DNA of 54,067 nucleotides, taken from Thermoanaerobaculia bacterium. Its GTDB lineage: Bacteria > Acidobacteriota > Thermoanaerobaculia > UBA5066 > Gp7-AA6. Shown one piece after another: positions 1-9,344 of the stretch; the first letter of the stretch is position 1, and each line of letters starts with the position of its first letter. The notes under the pieces were generated by a model. That model was not told where the DNA came from and did no database searches. It was given only the letters and a program-made list of their open reading frames with translations. Location of the stretch: assembly GCA_041483715.1 (NCBI GenBank), contig JBGPGG010000004.1, positions 1 through 54,067 on the forward strand, read 5' to 3'. The position numbers and the translations under genes are program-made.

Positions 1-1
1 G

Positions 2-427
2 GAACTGTCCGGAGAAGCCTACACGCTCTGGCCCCGGCACCTGTCGCCGGGCCGCTACGATCAGTTGCTGTCGATCTTCCGGCAGGCCGGATTCGGGCCG
101 CCGATCACGATGGAGGGGGGGCTTCCCTCGACCCAGACCGTCCTGGGAATGGTCGCCGCGGGTTTGACCGTTGCGCTCGTCGATCCTGCAATCAAGCAGA
201 GGGCGATACCGGGCGTCGTCTTCCGTCCTATCGGAGATCGCGGAGTGTTCACCGAATCCGGGGTGATCTACCGGCGGGAGGACTCCTCGCCGCTACTGGC
301 TTCTTTCCTCCACGAGCTCAGACTCACTCCTCGCAGACGGGTGGAGTCCGAGACCGGCGTCGAGAAAGGGAACGCCGTCGTCTCGAAGCCTCGTGGCGTT
401 CCCGTCAGGGCTCGAAGCGTTCGGTGA
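2..427 (+). CDS. LysR-family regulator, C-terminal substrate-binding part (5'-truncated by window edge)
   Basis: Open frame from base 2: YTLWPRHLSPGRYDQLLSIFRQAGF...TVLGMVAAGLTVALV...GVVFRPI, a typical LysR C-terminus. Confidence 0.8.
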   Translation, partial: ELSGEAYTLWPRHLSPGRYDQLLSIFRQAGFGPPITMEGGLPSTQTVLGMVAAGLTVALVDPAIKQRAIPGVVFRPIGDRGVFTESGVIYRREDSSPLLASFLHELRLTPRRRVESETGVEKGNAVVSKPRGVPVRARSVR

Positions 428-510
428 CGGCTCCGAACGCCGGATCGCACGCCCCGGCTATGATCGGGCTTGCAATGGAAACACCCTACTGCCACGAAAG
501 GCCGAAACCA

Positions 511-1104
511 ATGAAAGCGAAAACGAAGACGAGCAGGAAGAAGCCGTTTCTCACGGACGTCAAGGAGCTGCGCAGGCGGGCGCGCAAGCACATCGAGAAG
601 GGCGCCGTCACCGAGGGGTACCGCCCCGACCGCGACACCGTGGTACGGATCCTGAACGAGGCGCTCGCGACCGAGATCGTGTGCGTGCTGCGCTACCGGC
701 GCCATTACTTCATGGCGGCCGGCATTCACGCCAAGGCCGTCGCCGACGAGTTCCTCCAGCATGCGAACGAGGAGCAGGGCCACGCCGACGAGATCGCCCA
801 CAGGATCACCCAGCTCGATGGCGAGCCGAACCTGAATCCCGAAGGCCTGCTGATGCGGAGCCACTCGGAATACGTCGAGGGCGACACGCTCATCGACATG
901 ATCCGGGAAGACCTCGTCGCCGAGCGCATCGCGATCGAGTCCTACACGGAGATGATCCGTTTTCTCGGCTCCGACGATCCGACGACGCGCCGGATGCTCG
1001 AAGGCATCCTCGCGATGGAAGAGGAGCACGCCGACGACATGAAGAGCCTGCTGGAAACGATCGGCAAAGAGGAATCCAAAGCGGACCACTCGCGCTCGAA
1101 GTGA
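511..1104 (+). CDS. Bacterioferritin/ferritin-like diiron protein
   Basis: LNEALATE, EEQGHAD, EDLVAERIAIESY and EEEHADD diiron motifs; ATG 511 chosen over the upstream GTG 424. Confidence 0.88.
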   Translation: MKAKTKTSRKKPFLTDVKELRRRARKHIEKGAVTEGYRPDRDTVVRILNEALATEIVCVLRYRRHYFMAAGIHAKAVADEFLQHANEEQGHADEIAHRITQLDGEPNLNPEGLLMRSHSEYVEGDTLIDMIREDLVAERIAIESYTEMIRFLGSDDPTTRRMLEGILAMEEEHADDMKSLLETIGKEESKADHSRSK

Positions 1105-1186
1105 TCTCGAGCGGCCGCCCGGAGTCGGGCGCTACGGCCCGGGGCCGATAAGGGCCTGAAAGGCTTCACGCAAGACGTGGGCCGGT

Positions 1187-1267
1187 GGATCCCTCGCGGA
1201 GCCTGCCCTGAGCGAAGTCAAGGGCTCGGGATGACGACACGCCCGGCGGCCCTTCTGTCATCCCGAG
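1187..1267. repeat. REP-like palindromic element
   Basis: GGATCCCTCGC...GCTCGGGATGAC, plus a perfect 11-bp inverted repeat CTCGGGATGAC (1225-1235)/GTCATCCCGAG (1257-1267) between convergent genes. Confidence 0.5.
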
Positions 1268-2798
1268 ACGAGTTCGGGCCGTCGCTCCAGGCGTCCCGGT
1301 GTTCCTCGTACCACTTCTTCGCGCCGAGGAGTCGGAGTTTCGTGGCGTCGGGCCGCAGCTCGAGTCCGACGCTCAAGACGCCCGACTCGATCAGGAAGGC
1401 GCCGTCCCGGGTCGCTTTGTCGCGGAGGTAGCGCCCCTGGATGTGAAAGCTGCCGCCCCTGGCGTCGAGGCGTCGGACGCGGGCGAGCGAGGGGCCGAGG
1501 GAGACGGTGCCAGTCGCGGAAAAGTCGTCGAGGTTCACGAGGCCCCGAGTCCAGGCCGGGAGGTCGGCTGCCAGCAGCGCGAGCAGCGGCCGCGCATCGC
1601 GGGTCTCGGCCTCGATGCGCGCGTTCGTGGTCGAGTCGATCTTCCCTGAAGGGATGTCGAAGCGGCCCCACCAGCGCCGCGAATCGTCCGAGCCGGAGGC
1701 GCTGACGTCCGAGAGAGCGACCCGGCTGCCTGAGATCTCGAGAGGGCCGGTCATGAGATTCCACTCGGGAATGAGCAGGCGCAGGTCGGCGTCGCCCTGG
1801 AGCGCGAGCTTCTTCAGGCGCACCGACCCGTCGTGAACCGCGAGCCGGACCTCGCCCTTCGCAATTCCCCGCTCGATGGCGGCCTGGATCGTCGCCTTGC
1901 CCGCCCCCTCTTCGAGGCGCGTACCGGAGGAGGAGACGAGGTGCTCGAGCGACTCGAGCCGGTCGAAGCGGGCGTCGAGCTTCACTTTCCCCGAGGTCTT
2001 CTGCCAGACCTCGCTGCCGTGCACCCTCGGCGGCTCGTACGGTTCGAAAGTGCCGTCGACACTCCCGGATACGGAGACGCCGACCGGCGCCCGGCCGATG
2101 CGCACTTCGCCACTCTCGAAGGTGACTCGCGCGGGGCCGATCCACACCATGAGGCCTGGCCGCAGGAAGAATGCCCCGTCGAGGCGCGCAGCTCCCCGGT
2201 AGTGGTAGGCGTCGATCCAAATGTCGTCGAAGTGGTCGATACGAATCCTCCGGACCTCGATTCGCCAGGGATTGCCGGGAGCCTCCGCCACTTGCGCCTC
2301 CGGCGAGCGCAGCGGCGGGTCGGCGAAGCCCGGAATCGGCGGGAGCACGGACAGGTCCGCGTTCTTCGCCTCCCCGGGCTCGAGCTTGTTGCGAAGGAAG
2401 AAGGACAGACCGGTTCCGCGGAGGCGCTCTGCCCGAAATGTTCTCTTCGCGAGCGCGAGAACCGAGTACTCGACACGCGCATCGGCCAACCGGATGATCC
2501 ACTGGACGTTGTGGTCGCTGCCGCGGATCCGGAGATTCCTGATCGTGACTCGGCCGGGCCAGAGAGATGTCGCCTGGTCGTAGTCGAGAGTCAGCGACTC
2601 GGGCTCCGTATTGATCAGCGCGCGGAGCCGAGAACCCGAGAGAAGCCAGCGGGCCGCCGCGGCGTAAACGATCAGGGACAAGAGCGGAGCGAGGACGAGC
2701 AACAAAAGCAGTCGCCGCGGGTGTCGAGCCCGCTGCGAGAGCTTCTTCTTCAGGTTATCCTCGAGGCGCGTCAGTGCAGACAGAACGTCGAAGGGCAT
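1218..2798 (-). CDS. Hypothetical N-terminally anchored beta-rich protein (possibly AsmA-like)
   Basis: 526-aa ORF with one N-terminal hydrophobic helix followed by alternating beta-strand patterns. Confidence 0.6.
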   Translation of the reverse strand: MPFDVLSALTRLEDNLKKKLSQRARHPRRLLLLLVLAPLLSLIVYAAAARWLLSGSRLRALINTEPESLTLDYDQATSLWPGRVTIRNLRIRGSDHNVQWIIRLADARVEYSVLALAKRTFRAERLRGTGLSFFLRNKLEPGEAKNADLSVLPPIPGFADPPLRSPEAQVAEAPGNPWRIEVRRIRIDHFDDIWIDAYHYRGAARLDGAFFLRPGLMVWIGPARVTFESGEVRIGRAPVGVSVSGSVDGTFEPYEPPRVHGSEVWQKTSGKVKLDARFDRLESLEHLVSSSGTRLEEGAGKATIQAAIERGIAKGEVRLAVHDGSVRLKKLALQGDADLRLLIPEWNLMTGPLEISGSRVALSDVSASGSDDSRRWWGRFDIPSGKIDSTTNARIEAETRDARPLLALLAADLPAWTRGLVNLDDFSATGTVSLGPSLARVRRLDARGGSFHIQGRYLRDKATRDGAFLIESGVLSVGLELRPDATKLRLLGAKKWYEEHRDAWSDGPNSSRDDRRAAGRVVIPSP

Positions 2799-2824
2799 CG
2801 GTGACTACGGGCAGGCGCCTCGCG

Positions 2825-3466
2825 CTAGTCGACCCTGGTCCCCGCGCCGACGAGCTCCACCACATTGACCCGGTACGCCGCATGGAAGCGCTCGGCCACA
2901 TCCGCCCAGTTCCACACGTTCCACACCGCGTCGAAGAACTCGGTCTTGCGGTTCTGATACTGCAGGTAGAACGCGTGCTCCCAGGCGTCGAGCACGAGAA
3001 GCGGAGTGCCGGCCTGCGCCAGGTTCGACTGGTGGTCGTAGATCTGGGTGACGAGAAGCTTCTTGCCGAGCGGCTCCCATACGAGCGCGGCCCAGCCCGA
3101 GCCCATGATGCTCGCCGCGACGGCGTTGATCTGCTTCTGGAGCTTCTCGAAGCTGCCGAATTCCTGTTTGACGGCGGCTGCCAGTTCCCCGTGCGGCCGT
3201 CCGCCCGCCTTCGGCGCCATGTTGCTCCAGAACAAAGAGTGGAGCACGTGGCCCGATAGATTGAACGCGAGGGCCCTCTCGAGAGCGGCAATGTCATCGA
3301 AGTGGCCCTTGTCGCGCGCCTCGGCGAGGCGCTCGAGAGCGGCGTTTGCCCCCTTTACGTAGCCGGCGTGGTGCTTGTCGTGGTGGAGCTCCATGATCTT
3401 GCCCGAGATATGGGGCTCGAGGGCGCTGTAGTCGTATCGAAGCTCGGGAAGCGTGTAGGTAGCCAT
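2825..3466 (-). CDS. sodA: Fe/Mn superoxide dismutase
   Basis: [33 protein letters not shown] and DAWEHAFY motifs; metal specificity not determinable. Confidence 0.95.
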   Translation of the reverse strand: MATYTLPELRYDYSALEPHISGKIMELHHDKHHAGYVKGANAALERLAEARDKGHFDDIAALERALAFNLSGHVLHSLFWSNMAPKAGGRPHGELAAAVKQEFGSFEKLQKQINAVAASIMGSGWAALVWEPLGKKLLVTQIYDHQSNLAQAGTPLLVLDAWEHAFYLQYQNRKTEFFDAVWNVWNWADVAERFHAAYRVNVVELVGAGTRVD

Positions 3467-4102
3467 TCGGAAATCTCCCATGGTTGCGGCGAGCCCTCAA
3501 TCGGCACCGTGCGACGGCACGATGCCTCAACGATTCGAGTGACCATTCCCCAGGTCGCGCTCCCAGAAGCCCGAGCGCCGGAGCTGTTTGACGTCCGTCT
3601 CGGAAAGGCCGAGCTCGAAGGCATCGGCAGACCGGACATACCTCCAGGTTTCCGCACGCGGCAGGAGCGAAACCGGCGTGTTCGGCGCGAGAAGGCCGAG
3701 CTTGGGCGAGCCGCGAAAGCCCGACGACACATGCACATTCACCGTCATCACGTCACCACTCGCCTCACAAGATTTCTCCTGTCGCACGATCCATGCCAGC
3801 ATGTCCGACCGACAGGGGCGTCGTCCAATCGTTGGTTGCGCTCAATTCCAAACGTGGAACCGATCATCTCGGTGTCGCGGCCGCCCCGCCGCCAGGGAAT
3901 GCGCTCGGCACGGCGTTGCGGGTCACTGTGAGGCCTCGACATCGAAAGCGCAGCGAAACAGGTCCGCGGGCGGCGGGGGCGCATCCGGGCCCAGCTCTGC
4001 TTCGGACGATTCCGTTTCAACCGCTCCGAGGTCTCAACTCCAGCGAAAACAACGATTGGACGCGGCTCAGCGTCGGCCCGGATAATCCCGATTGACGTTT
4101 GG

Positions 4103-4118
4103 AGGCCGGCCACTTGCT
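4103..4118 (+). promoter_or_regulatory. Putative sigma54 -24/-12 promoter
   Basis: AGGCCGGCCACTTGCT: GG-N10-GC with TTGC, 55 bp upstream of the DUF3309 gene. Confidence 0.35.
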
Positions 4119-4172
4119 ATCCGTGGGATAGCGACCGCGATTTGCTCGCCATTCGAATAGGGAGAGTGTGTC

Positions 4173-4325
4173 ATGGGTGTCATCCTCTTGGTCGTCCTGC
4201 TCCTCCTCCTGTTTGGGTCCCTACCTACCTGGCCCCACAGTCGGAGCTGGGGATATCGGCCCAGCGGAACGCTGGGCCTCGTCCTGGTCGTCGTCCTCGT
4301 CCTAGTCCTGACGGGGCGTCTCTAG
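4173..4325 (+). CDS. DUF3309-family small membrane protein (50 aa)
   Basis: MGVILLVVLLLLLFGSLPTWPHSRSWGYRPSGTLGLVLVVVLVLVLTGRL; GGGAGAG RBS; below the ORF-track cutoff. Confidence 0.88.
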   Translation: MGVILLVVLLLLLFGSLPTWPHSRSWGYRPSGTLGLVLVVVLVLVLTGRL

Positions 4326-4385
4326 ACTAGGGCGGCCCTGCCGAAATACACGACGCATTGGGGATGCTGATCTCAAGGAGGCGCA

Positions 4386-4535
4386 ATGTTGTGGACGATT
4401 TTCGTGATCCTGTTGGTGCTCTGGCTGCTGGGCCTGGTCTCGGGCTACACCCTGTCGGGCTACATCCATGTTCTTCTCGTCATCGCCGTCGTCATCGTTC
4501 TGATCCGGCTAATTCAGGGACGGCGCGTCGTCTAG
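4386..4535 (+). CDS. lmo0937-family small membrane protein (49 aa)
   Basis: MLWTIFVILLVLWLLGLVSGYTLSGYIHVLLVIAVVIVLIRLIQGRRVV; AAGGAGG RBS. Confidence 0.88.
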   Translation: MLWTIFVILLVLWLLGLVSGYTLSGYIHVLLVIAVVIVLIRLIQGRRVV

Positions 4536-4743
4536 CAAAGGTTCCCGCGCCAGGCTCGCACTAGCTGAAGAACGAGCGGGGCGCCTCGCAACGACCTCGG
4601 CGTGCACTTCCAAGCCGGCGGATGGCAGGAAACGTGATCTGGGCTCCGTTCCCTCGGTGCCTCATCATCGACGACCGCGGCAAGATTGCACGGGGGTGAA
4701 GCCCTGAAGAGGAGAAGACTCACCGGGTCATCAAGTTGCGGGT

Positions 4744-4768
4744 GTGAACGCGTTCACGTTGCGTTCAT
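4744..4768 (+). promoter_or_regulatory. Putative regulator-binding site
   Basis: Perfect 14-bp palindrome GTGAACGCGTTCAC overlapping an 11-bp-spaced direct repeat GCGTTCAC/GCGTTCAT. Confidence 0.35.
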
Positions 4769-4836
4769 GCACGGGCGAGTAGCCTTTGCAACTGTAGACG
4801 CGATGCATGAGGCATTGCGGCGAAAAGGAGAGAGAT

Positions 4837-5088
4837 ATGAAGAAGTCCCTGATCACAGCGTTGGCTCTGGCCCTTCCCCTTGCGGCCTTCGCTCAGCAGT
4901 CCGCGACCCCAGCCCCGAAGCCGACGCCGGCTCCGAAGGCGGAGACCAAGAAGACGGAGTCGACGGAGACGAAGAGCGAGACCTCATCGACCAAGGGCGG
5001 CGTGAAGAAGTCCACCAAGAAGCACAAGAAGAGCACCAAGACGACGACCGAGACCGCTCCCGCAGCCAAGCCGACCCCGAAGTCGTAG
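4837..5088 (+). CDS. Small secreted Lys/Thr/Pro-rich disordered protein (Asr-like)
   Basis: AAGGAG RBS; signal peptide MKKSLITALALALPLAAFA followed by low-complexity basic sequence. Confidence 0.75.
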   Translation: MKKSLITALALALPLAAFAQQSATPAPKPTPAPKAETKKTESTETKSETSSTKGGVKKSTKKHKKSTKTTTETAPAAKPTPKS

Positions 5089-5544
5089 TTCGCTCGTCCG
5101 GCGCTGGACCGGCACGTCAACGCGCACGGCGCATCGGTTCTCGGTGCGCCGATTTCTTTTTCGATTACATGCTCGTCGGCGAACCCGACAAGGCTCTCTA
5201 CCAGTTGGGGCGCAGCGCAAGAAACGCGACTCCTGCCAGCTCGCATTCGTGCCCACCAAGCTCCGCGTCGGTCGGGAGCCCGAGCCGTTCGTCGTCGAGA
5301 TCAACCTCTCGGCCGAGATGGTGGTCGGCCACCTGATAGCCCTTCTGGCCCTTTTGATGGCTCTGACCGTGCCCGCCGCCTATGGTCAGGAGCCTCAGAA
5401 GCCCTCTAAGGTCGTGTGCCCGGAGAAGAACATCGCCCTCTCCTCGGGAATCTCGGCGCGTCGCAGAGCCCGAAGATGTCGACGTCGCCGGGGCGGCGCT
5501 TCGCGATCCTGACTGAATCCGACCCGCGCGGCGTGCTACCCTCG

Positions 5545-6906
5545 ATGAATCGAGCGATGTCGAGGCCACCGTCCCATCCGTCGGTCGGCGAAGCTGGCGA
5601 CGCGCGCGGCCAAAATGCCCCTCTGAGGTTCTGGCTCTTCGCGGCCACGGGGCTCGCCGTGCCGCTGTTTGCCTTTGCTCCATTTCGGCTGGCGGGCGAG
5701 CGAGTCGATCTGGCAATTCTCCTGGCCACGGCGTACTTGCTCCTGAGCCTGCCCACCCTCGCCCGGTCCCTGAGGGAGGATCGTGCGAGAGCTCTGTTCG
5801 CCGGGGCAGCAATTGCGGTCCCTCTCCTTGCGCTGATTCCGGCGCGCGACCCAACCTTCTCGCTCATCCACTTCGCTCGATCGCTCGCCCACTGGTGGAT
5901 CATCAGCGGCTTTTTCCTGGCCGCCGGAACGCTGGCGCCGGCGGAAGGGCATCGGAGGCTCTTCATCCGACTCAACCTCGCCGCCGGGATCGTGGTCGCT
6001 GCCTTCGCGGTCTACCAGGCCTTTGGACATGCCCGCGGATGGCCGGGTGCCGGGGATCGCCTTCTCCCGTTCCAACGCTCTCCGTTCATGATCTTGGGGT
6101 ACGGCGACTACGTCCGGCCTTCCTCGTTCTTTCTCGAGCCGCGCTACATGGGCGGGTACCTTGCGTGGATCGCGCTGCTCGCCCTCGCGGCGTCGGTCTC
6201 CGGCCAAAGCGGCGTGCGCCCGATTCTTCCGATCGCCGCTTTTTCGTGCGCGGTGTTCGGGGTGGCAATCAGCCTCTCCTGGGGAGCATACGCGGACCTG
6301 CTCGCCATCCTGTGCGCCGCCGCACTGCAAGTGCGGAGCCCTTCCCGCGATGCTCGCCTTCGCCTCTATCGTCTCGGTGCCGCGCTGGCAGTCGTCGTGC
6401 TCGTGGCGGGAGCCACGCCTCTCCGGCAGGCTCTGGTCGGCCGATTGGAGAGGCTCTCGCACACGCCCATCGATCCGGCGGTGTCGGTTCGCGACCCCGA
6501 CTCGCTGCACTCGCGGGTGATCAATCTGCGCCACACGGTCCTGCTCTTCGAGACCGCCCCCGTGACCGGGATCGGCATCGGCCAGTTTCGCGTGCGGACC
6601 GGCGCGACGCCCGGTTCTTTCGAGGAATCGCCGTGGTGCGGGTGGGCCGCATCGGCGGCCCTGTTCGGCCTACTCGGCCCGCTGCTCGTCGCGGCTGGAC
6701 CGCTCCTCGTTCTTCGGGCCTCCCGCTGGCGACCCGATCTGCTTGCGGCCGGGACGGTGGCCCTCGCGGCTGTAGACCAGCTGCACAGCGCCAGTTTCAT
6801 CGACCTGCGATGGTGGTTTCCCCTGGCTACCGCACTCGTTCTGTGCCAGGGGAAGGGTTCCGATGCTGCCGAGGTCCTCGCCGCGGAGGCGCCAGCGACC
6901 AGTTGA
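5545..6906 (+). CDS. O-antigen ligase/Wzy polymerase-like membrane protein
   Basis: Many TM helices, RPSSFFLEPRY and TGIGIGQF motifs; start uncertain (5416-5557). Confidence 0.75.
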   Translation: MNRAMSRPPSHPSVGEAGDARGQNAPLRFWLFAATGLAVPLFAFAPFRLAGERVDLAILLATAYLLLSLPTLARSLREDRARALFAGAAIAVPLLALIPARDPTFSLIHFARSLAHWWIISGFFLAAGTLAPAEGHRRLFIRLNLAAGIVVAAFAVYQAFGHARGWPGAGDRLLPFQRSPFMILGYGDYVRPSSFFLEPRYMGGYLAWIALLALAASVSGQSGVRPILPIAAFSCAVFGVAISLSWGAYADLLAILCAAALQVRSPSRDARLRLYRLGAALAVVVLVAGATPLRQALVGRLERLSHTPIDPAVSVRDPDSLHSRVINLRHTVLLFETAPVTGIGIGQFRVRTGATPGSFEESPWCGWAASAALFGLLGPLLVAAGPLLVLRASRWRPDLLAAGTVALAAVDQLHSASFIDLRWWFPLATALVLCQGKGSDAAEVLAAEAPATS

Positions 6907-6910
6907 CGGT

Positions 6911-8095
6911 TCAGCGACCCGCGGCCACGTCGTCGAAGATACCCAGGAGCAAATGGGCCGCGCGATCCCAGGAAAAGACCCGCGCACGAGCACGGCCCGC
7001 CTGGACCATCTCGTCGCGACGGGCCGGGTTTCCGATCACCCGGTCGATCGCCCGGACGAGTGATCGAAAGTCCATCGGATCGAAGAACTCCGCTGCCTCC
7101 CCGCAGATCTCCGGACCGACGTTGGTCCGGCCTTCTTCACCCGCCGGGTTCAAACGCCAATCGGAAACCACCACGGGGACACCCGCGCCCATCGCCTCGA
7201 CAAGCGGAAGGCCAAACGTCTCCTCGAGGGAAGGCAGCACGAACACCTCTGCGGTCCTATAGACCTCGGGCATGGCCGCGCCCGGAACGCTCCCGACGAA
7301 ATGCACTCGGTCCCGGCAAGTCAGCTGCTCCCGCCTGGCAAGAAGCCCTCGGACGTAGCTCAAAGAGCCCCCCGGCGTGCCACCGACGACGACGAGGTCC
7401 CCGGAGTACCCGTGGTCTTCGACGAGGCGCACGAACGCTTCGAGCAGGAGGTCTACGTTCTTGTGCTCCATGAGGTCCCCGACGGTCAAGATGTAGTGCC
7501 GGGGAAGGGGCGGAACGCTCGCAAGACTGGGGCCGACGGCGTCGGCCTCGCGTCGCCAGCCGTAGTGGACGACTCGTATCTTGGAATCGGGAACTCCCAT
7601 GCGGGGGGCCATGAACCTCGCCGAGGTCTCGGACACGAACACCACGGCGCCCGCGATGCGCCCCGAGAGAAAACCGAGCCCGCGCAGCGCCGCATGACGG
7701 ACCGTCATGTACAGAGGCCAGCGGATGGGTAGCCGCGAGTATGCGTTGACACTGTGTGCCCCGAGAACGACGGGGACCGGAGAGCGAAGCACGGCGGTGT
7801 TGAACGCCGCGAAAAGGAGGTCGGGTCGCCACCGTCGCAGGAGCGCTGGAAGGACCGCCTGCTCCCAGGCGATGCGAAGCCAGGCCGGTCCCGGGGCGCC
7901 GGCGCATTCCCGGATATGGACTGCCGCAGGCAGCAAATCGGCGAGAGCACGCTGGCGACGTGTCAGAACCACCATGTACTCGTGGAGCGGCTCGGAGGCA
8001 CAAAGCGCCTCGAGGATGTTCACGAGATAGGTCTGGCCGCCACCACCTGTGACGGCAACGGCGTTGACCACGATGCGCAGCCGCCTCCGATTCAC
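6911..8095 (-). CDS. Glycosyltransferase family 4 (GT-B)
   Basis: FVLPSLEETFGLPLVEAMGAGVPVV; GTG 8095 with GGAGG RBS. Confidence 0.9.
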   Translation of the reverse strand: MNRRRLRIVVNAVAVTGGGGQTYLVNILEALCASEPLHEYMVVLTRRQRALADLLPAAVHIRECAGAPGPAWLRIAWEQAVLPALLRRWRPDLLFAAFNTAVLRSPVPVVLGAHSVNAYSRLPIRWPLYMTVRHAALRGLGFLSGRIAGAVVFVSETSARFMAPRMGVPDSKIRVVHYGWRREADAVGPSLASVPPLPRHYILTVGDLMEHKNVDLLLEAFVRLVEDHGYSGDLVVVGGTPGGSLSYVRGLLARREQLTCRDRVHFVGSVPGAAMPEVYRTAEVFVLPSLEETFGLPLVEAMGAGVPVVVSDWRLNPAGEEGRTNVGPEICGEAAEFFDPMDFRSLVRAIDRVIGNPARRDEMVQAGRARARVFSWDRAAHLLLGIFDDVAAGR

Positions 8096-8111
8096 TCTCG
8101 TCGCCTCCACC

Positions 8112-9344
8112 CTACTCAGTTTTCGAAGACCAGGAGCGATCCGAACCCGCCTGCAGCCGCGGGGCGAGCACCGCCTCGAGCCGGCGGAACCGGCTCTGCC
8201 ACGAATGTGATGCGACGGCTCGCCGTCGGACGTTCGCCAACGCTTCGTCGTTCCCAAGCCCGAGCGCCTCCTCCAGCTTCAAGAGGACCTCTTCGTCGTT
8301 CCCTCCAATGCCGATGACATCGGCGAACTTTCTGGCCTCTGGCATGTCCACCGAGACGACCGGCTTGCCGCTCGCGAGGTACTCGTACAGCTTGAGCGGA
8401 CTGCAGTTGCGCGCAAGCTCGCCCCGCAGGTAGGGGTTGAGACACACGTCAAAGCCCTTTAGGTAAGACGGCAGCTGCTCGTAGGGCTTGCGGCCGAGCA
8501 GATACACGTTGGGAAGCTTCTCGATTTTCCCGACCGGGGCCAACCGCCCACGTGGACCGATCAGCACGAACGACCAGTTCGGCCGGGCCAGAGCCAGGAA
8601 TCGAAGCAGATCGAAATCGATCCAGTACTGGAGCGATCCGAGAAACCCGATCACCGGGCGCGGGATCGCCCGCATCTCCGGGGCAAGAGGTGTATCGGCT
8701 AGCGATGCCCCGCGGAAATGTTCGACCTCGACGCCGTTGGGAATCAGATGGACCTGGCGGCCGGGCGCCACCCTGGAAAGGTACAGGTTTTCGTGCGTAA
8801 CGATCACGAGGGCAACTTTGTCCAGCAGCCGCCGCTCGAGCTCCCGGACGACGCGCCGGCGCACGAGCCCCCTGGACTCTGCCGGCTCGTCCACGCAGTC
8901 GTAGATCGCGAATCGCTCGCCCAGCCGACCGACGAGGCTCTCGGAAGAAGGACTGTATGTCCAGAGAATGGGTTGGCGGTAGCCGAGTGCCCGCAGCCAA
9001 CGGCGCAGGAGCGGCGCCAGGAAGGCGCTGTTCAGCCGATTGATCGTGAGAGACATCTGAAAGAAGGGCAACACGAGCGGCAGCGTGGCGACATGGAGAT
9101 TTGGCTCGACCGGGCGAGGGCCCTTCAGCCATCGCCACGCGCGGGCGGGATCGGATCGCAACAATGGCAGGCTGACGAGGCTCGCCTGCGTCTCGACGTA
9201 GAGCACGCGGTTCCCCTGGCGTGCGAGCTGCCGCATGAATCTTTGCTTGCGGGTCCAGAGGTCGCTCCAGTCCTGCGAGGAGAGGCAGACGATCTCCTGG
9301 CCGCGCACTGTCGGCAGAGGCCCTGCTGCGCCGTCCGGCCTCAC
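8112..9344 (-). CDS. Glycosyltransferase, TuaH-like GT-B
   Basis: SSQDWSDLWTRKQRFM, YDCVD and SPLKLYEYLASGKPVV motifs. Confidence 0.9.
   Translation of the reverse strand: MRPDGAAGPLPTVRGQEIVCLSSQDWSDLWTRKQRFMRQLARQGNRVLYVETQASLVSLPLLRSDPARAWRWLKGPRPVEPNLHVATLPLVLPFFQMSLTINRLNSAFLAPLLRRWLRALGYRQPILWTYSPSSESLVGRLGERFAIYDCVDEPAESRGLVRRRVVRELERRLLDKVALVIVTHENLYLSRVAPGRQVHLIPNGVEVEHFRGASLADTPLAPEMRAIPRPVIGFLGSLQYWIDFDLLRFLALARPNWSFVLIGPRGRLAPVGKIEKLPNVYLLGRKPYEQLPSYLKGFDVCLNPYLRGELARNCSPLKLYEYLASGKPVVSVDMPEARKFADVIGIGGNDEEVLLKLEEALGLGNDEALANVRRRAVASHSWQSRFRRLEAVLAPRLQAGSDRSWSSKTE

Noticed and set aside
3527-3748. Possible 73-aa ORF upstream of sod
   Set aside because: No recognisable motif or clear RBS; cannot be supported.
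5160-5480. Possible TPR-kinase tail and signal-peptide remnants
   Set aside because: Resemblance (YMLVGEPDKAL...) is too short and frameshifted to call without a search.
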